Source: Nitrosarchaeum sp.
GTDB taxonomy: Archaea > Thermoproteota > Nitrososphaeria > Nitrososphaerales > Nitrosopumilaceae
Assembly: GCA_025699025.1 (NCBI GenBank)
Contig: JAILWJ010000003.1
Span: 122,192-154,191 of the forward strand
Reading direction: 5' to 3'
Length of the DNA: 32,000 nucleotides
In this document: piece by piece, positions 31,579 through 32,000 of the stretch
Layout of the letters: every line of letters begins with the position of its first letter
How positions within the stretch are numbered: the stretch's first letter is position 1
Position numbers and translations under genes: made by a program
The notes under the pieces: model-generated
Databases searched by the model: none
What the model was told of the DNA's origin: nothing
The model's input: the letters and a program-made list of their open reading frames with translations, nothing else

Positions 31579-32000
31579 TTCAGTGATTTTTTCATGAGAT
31601 GAAAAGAAATTCGCGGTTCCAAGTGTTCAAGTCTTGGCAAATCTTCTTTTGTTAAAATCTGTATTCTTTCATAGTTATTTTTAAAGCCAAAATTTTGGAG
31701 ATATAAAATTAGGTTGAGTGTATTTGTTTCACAACCAGAATGTAGTGTCACAATCAGTGTTTTTTTGAAATGTTCTGAATCAGTTAAAATCGCAAAAGAC
31801 GTGTTTTTTTCTTGATTGGAATAAACAAGTCGATTATCACCAGACAAACGCATGATGACTTTTTTATCTAATTTTATCCATCGCCAAGATCTAACATAAT
31901 GTGAAATAAGACTTGTTTCAGCGACATTGCCAAATTTCACATTATAATTTTCAGATGGTTTTGGAAGCAATGAGTAAAACTTCCAAGTTTCATGTATTTT
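31575..32000 (-). CDS. Hypothetical protein; the frame stays open to the right window edge, so it is probably 5'-truncated here
   Basis: The ORF track lists 31575..31970 (TTG). Hand translation upstream (KIHETWKFYS-LLPKP...) shows no stop before base 32000. I recognise no family. Confidence 0.45.
   Translation of the reverse strand, partial: KIHETWKFYSLLPKPSENYNVKFGNVAETSLISHYVRSWRWIKLDKKVIMRLSGDNRLVYSNQEKNTSFAILTDSEHFKKTLIVTLHSGCETNTLNLILYLQNFGFKNNYERIQILTKEDLPRLEHLEPRISFHLMKKSLN

Overview
This is a gene-dense, AT-rich archaeal chromosome segment. The gene content points to a marine Nitrosopumilus-like ammonia-oxidising thaumarchaeon; this is an inference, as no database search was possible. 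Supporting content includes archaeal uS13/uS4/uS2 and RpoN, a mevalonate operon with isopentenyl phosphate kinase, a two-domain multicopper oxidase overlapping a ZIP permease, and secreted proteins with PDWVKNNAKWW modules. I support about 38 protein genes (two truncated by the window edges) and one tRNA-Leu(GAG). I found no rRNA and no CRISPR array. Left to right the window holds: larC / mdh / larB; an orphan B12-like radical SAM enzyme; two secreted repeat proteins; a metal-homeostasis cluster (a CDF with three C-terminal domains, convergent with ZIP plus multicopper oxidase); rps13-rps4; glmS; an nnrE-MBL-cobT operon; translin; a ~2.5 kb orphan cassette abutting tRNA-Leu; a tightly coupled rpoN-eno-rps2-memo-mvk-ipk-idi-GGPP synthase string; gltX; and an FAH-family gene. 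The most unusual structure is the cassette at 19958-22471. It is bounded by an exact 17-nt direct repeat that overlaps the tRNA-Leu 3' end and by 34-nt imperfect inverted repeats, with a third internal copy of the repeat core. It carries a NERD nuclease-like gene plus small membrane and secreted ORFs, and no recombinase. Many ORF-track entries are antisense shadows or over-extended N-termini, and these were trimmed or rejected.
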